Of a stretch of DNA of 64,000 bases, positions 62,008 to 64,000 are shown in pieces (position 1 is the first letter of the stretch; every line of letters begins with the position of its first letter). The translations under genes were made by a program, and so were the position numbers. The notes beneath the pieces are model-generated. The model saw nothing but the letters and a program-made list of their open reading frames with translations, was not told the DNA's origin and made no database searches. Source of the DNA: Gemmatales bacterium (GTDB lineage: Bacteria > Planctomycetota > Planctomycetia > Gemmatales > HRBIN36). The DNA lies in contig JBEPZY010000007.1 of the NCBI GenBank assembly GCA_041640595.1, positions 117,611 to 181,610 on the forward strand, read 5' to 3'.

Positions 62008-62418
62008 ATGCCCGAGTGGCTTTTCAAAGAGGAACCGACTCATTATTCTTTTGACGACCTTGTACGCGAAGGTCGGACTACCTGGCATGGCGTAACTAAT
62101 GCCCTGGCCCTCAAATATCTCTCTCAGGTTCACCGCGGCGACCTAATTTTTTATTACCACACCGGCAGCGAAAAGGCTGTTGTGGGCATTATGCGGGCTG
62201 TCACCGACGCATATCTGCCAGGGAAGGAAACGAAACTCTACGTTGTAGATGTAGAGCCAGTCGAAAAACTGCCACGCCCGGTCTCGCTGGCGGAAATCAA
62301 GGCGCAGCCCCAGTGCACTGACTGGGAGCTTGTACGCTTGCCCAGATTGTCCGTTATGCCGGTGCCCAGAGCCATTTGGAATCTAATATTGAAACTGGCA
62401 AGAAAACGCTGTCAATAG
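62008..62418 (+). CDS. EVE domain protein
   Basis: WLFKEEP, WHGVTN, GDLIFYYHTG, RLSVMPV. Confidence 0.9.
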   Translation: MPEWLFKEEPTHYSFDDLVREGRTTWHGVTNALALKYLSQVHRGDLIFYYHTGSEKAVVGIMRAVTDAYLPGKETKLYVVDVEPVEKLPRPVSLAEIKAQPQCTDWELVRLPRLSVMPVPRAIWNLILKLARKRCQ

Positions 62419-62466
62419 CGAATTTCCCTGCCGACATTGTTTCTGTTCTTATTACGGGATGCCTGA

Positions 62467-63168
62467 ATGACAGCAGCCGATCGACAGCCTGGCCTTGTGG
62501 TACGCGAACTTACCAAAAACTATATAATGCCCGGAGGAGTGTTGGAGGTTCTCAAAGGTATAGACCTTGATGTCTTTCCTGGTGAAGCCGTCGTTATCAT
62601 GGGGCCTAGCGGGTCCGGCAAAAGTACGCTGCTCTATATACTCGGAACCCTGGACTGGCCAACCAGCGGTACGGTATTGCTGCAGGGCGAAAATCCTTTT
62701 TTGCGTCCTCCGCCTGAATTGGCTCGCTTTCGCAATGAACGGATCGGGTTTGTATTTCAAGAACATTATCTAATGCCGCAATGCACGGTTTGGGAGAATG
62801 TCTTAGTTCCCAGTCTGGTCAACGAACGACAACGATCTGCAGCACCGCAGCGCGCACGCGAGCTCCTTGAACAGGTCGGACTAAGTCACCGATTGCATCA
62901 TTCACCAGCGGAATTATCGGGAGGAGAACGGCAGCGCGTCGCTATAGCCCGCGCTCTAATAAACAACCCACTCCTCGTGCTTGCTGATGAACCGACGGGC
63001 AACCTTGACCGCCATTCCGCACAGATAGTTACTTCCTTGCTGCTGGAAATAGCCCAACTGCACCGCGTTATACTTATCGTGGTCACTCACAGTATAGAAG
63101 TGGCGCGTCGGTTCCCACGTCGCTACGAATTACTTGATGGCCGATTGTCTCCCCTGACAATTAGCTAG
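62467..63168 (+). CDS. ABC transporter ATP-binding protein (LolD/MacB-like)
   Basis: [34 protein letters not shown]. Confidence 0.93.
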   Translation: MTAADRQPGLVVRELTKNYIMPGGVLEVLKGIDLDVFPGEAVVIMGPSGSGKSTLLYILGTLDWPTSGTVLLQGENPFLRPPPELARFRNERIGFVFQEHYLMPQCTVWENVLVPSLVNERQRSAAPQRARELLEQVGLSHRLHHSPAELSGGERQRVAIARALINNPLLVLADEPTGNLDRHSAQIVTSLLLEIAQLHRVILIVVTHSIEVARRFPRRYELLDGRLSPLTIS

Positions 63169-63207
63169 ACACCGAGCTTGATGACCCACGAAATCGCTCC
63201 TGTGAGG

Positions 63208-64000
63208 ATGACGCTGCTAACTCTCTGGTGGAGAAATCTTCGCTTCCATGCCCGAGCCCATCTGGTTATCTTTCTCGGCAGCATGATTACTTGTGCTACG
63301 CTCACCGGAGCCCTGTTAGTGGGTGCGTCATTACAGGAAAGTTTGCTACGCCTCAACCAGCAACGCCTGGGCCTGATTCAGCAAGCGATTGTGAGCAGCC
63401 AATTCTTCGAATCAGCATTGGCAGAACGGCTGGCCCAGCAGGAAATCATTCGGTCTCATGGAGTTTGCGTCGTACCCGTCTTGCAATTAGCCGGGACGGT
63501 TATTGTTCGGCACGCAGATGGGCGGCTAGCTAGTTATGTCAGGCAGGTACAGGTGCTCGGGGTTCCAGATGAATTCTGGCGTCTGTTCGGAACCCAAGTC
63601 CCTGACTTGACCGCGGCTATAGCAGTAAATGACGTGCTTGCAAATCGGCTCAACATAACACCGGGAGCACTCTTGGAATTGCGATTGCAGCGACCCAGTA
63701 CGATCCCGGCCGAAACATTAGTGGGCCGTGCAACCGACGAATCGGGCAGCGCCTGGCAATCCACGGTCAATATACAGAGTCGGCCGGTCAATTATATCGT
63801 CTCCCCTCGTGAGGGTGGGCGATTTACTCTCTATCCACAAGCACACGCTCCACTAACTGTGTACCTGCCACTTACCGACTTGCAACGCCGATTGCGCGAA
63901 CCGCTCAATCTGCAAAGTCCGGCTAATGTACTGCTGATAGGCAATTCTAATATGGGGCGACCAGTCTCTCTTTCCGATGTGGCACGTGCTTTACGCCAGG
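63208..64000 (+). CDS. ABC transporter permease (FtsX/MacB-like), 3'-truncated by the window edge
   Basis: Manual translation MTLLTLWWRNLRFHARAHLVIFLGSMITCATLTGALLVGASLQESL...; follows the ATPase gene. Absent from the ORF track because no stop falls in the window. Confidence 0.75.
   Translation, partial: MTLLTLWWRNLRFHARAHLVIFLGSMITCATLTGALLVGASLQESLLRLNQQRLGLIQQAIVSSQFFESALAERLAQQEIIRSHGVCVVPVLQLAGTVIVRHADGRLASYVRQVQVLGVPDEFWRLFGTQVPDLTAAIAVNDVLANRLNITPGALLELRLQRPSTIPAETLVGRATDESGSAWQSTVNIQSRPVNYIVSPREGGRFTLYPQAHAPLTVYLPLTDLQRRLREPLNLQSPANVLLIGNSNMGRPVSLSDVARALRQ

Noticed and set aside
60315..62418. DUF4058 plus EVE as a modification-dependent defence locus
   Set aside because: The genes are not adjacent in one operon, both families are common standalone genes, and no nuclease or methylase partner is visible.
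1..64000. tRNA, rRNA, tmRNA, prophage or integron elements
   Set aside because: No T-loop/cloverleaf, rRNA-like, integrase or phage-gene signatures were recognised by eye. A covariance-model scan would be needed to exclude them formally.

Overview
GC-rich bacterial chromosomal segment, densely coding, with about 53 CDS. The gene content (two DUF1501 genes, three DUF1559 prepilin-like genes, DUF4058, DUF1080, a PVC-type CxxCH dehydrogenase-like protein, a sulfatase) points to a Planctomycetota genome, probably Gemmatales-like (inference). Housekeeping genes include hemB, leuD, HU, a split nuo cluster (nuoI, nuoA-D), galE, a eukaryote-type UDP-sugar pyrophosphorylase, deoC, gcvPB with a lipoate ligase, a diadenylate cyclase and an HD-GYP protein. 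I saw no tRNA, rRNA, CRISPR array, integrase or transposase. Most notable: (1) three tandem pilin-like DUF1559 genes share an ungapped, near-identical, mosaic 206-bp 5' module (non-coding leader with hairpin plus the pilin N-terminal helix) fused to highly divergent bodies, each with its own promoter-like element; (2) an operon of three different membrane-fusion (HlyD-like) proteins fused to GAF, WD40 and site-2-protease/PqqD-like domains, with no ATPase, RND or TolC partner nearby; (3) an orphan promoter-antiterminator-terminator leader upstream of a hypothetical gene; (4) a coiled-coil/basic-linker/winged-helix protein with xenogeneic-silencer-like architecture; (5) two single-base homopolymer frameshifts, either assembly error or slippage. 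Family assignments come from motifs recognised by eye, not from database searches.
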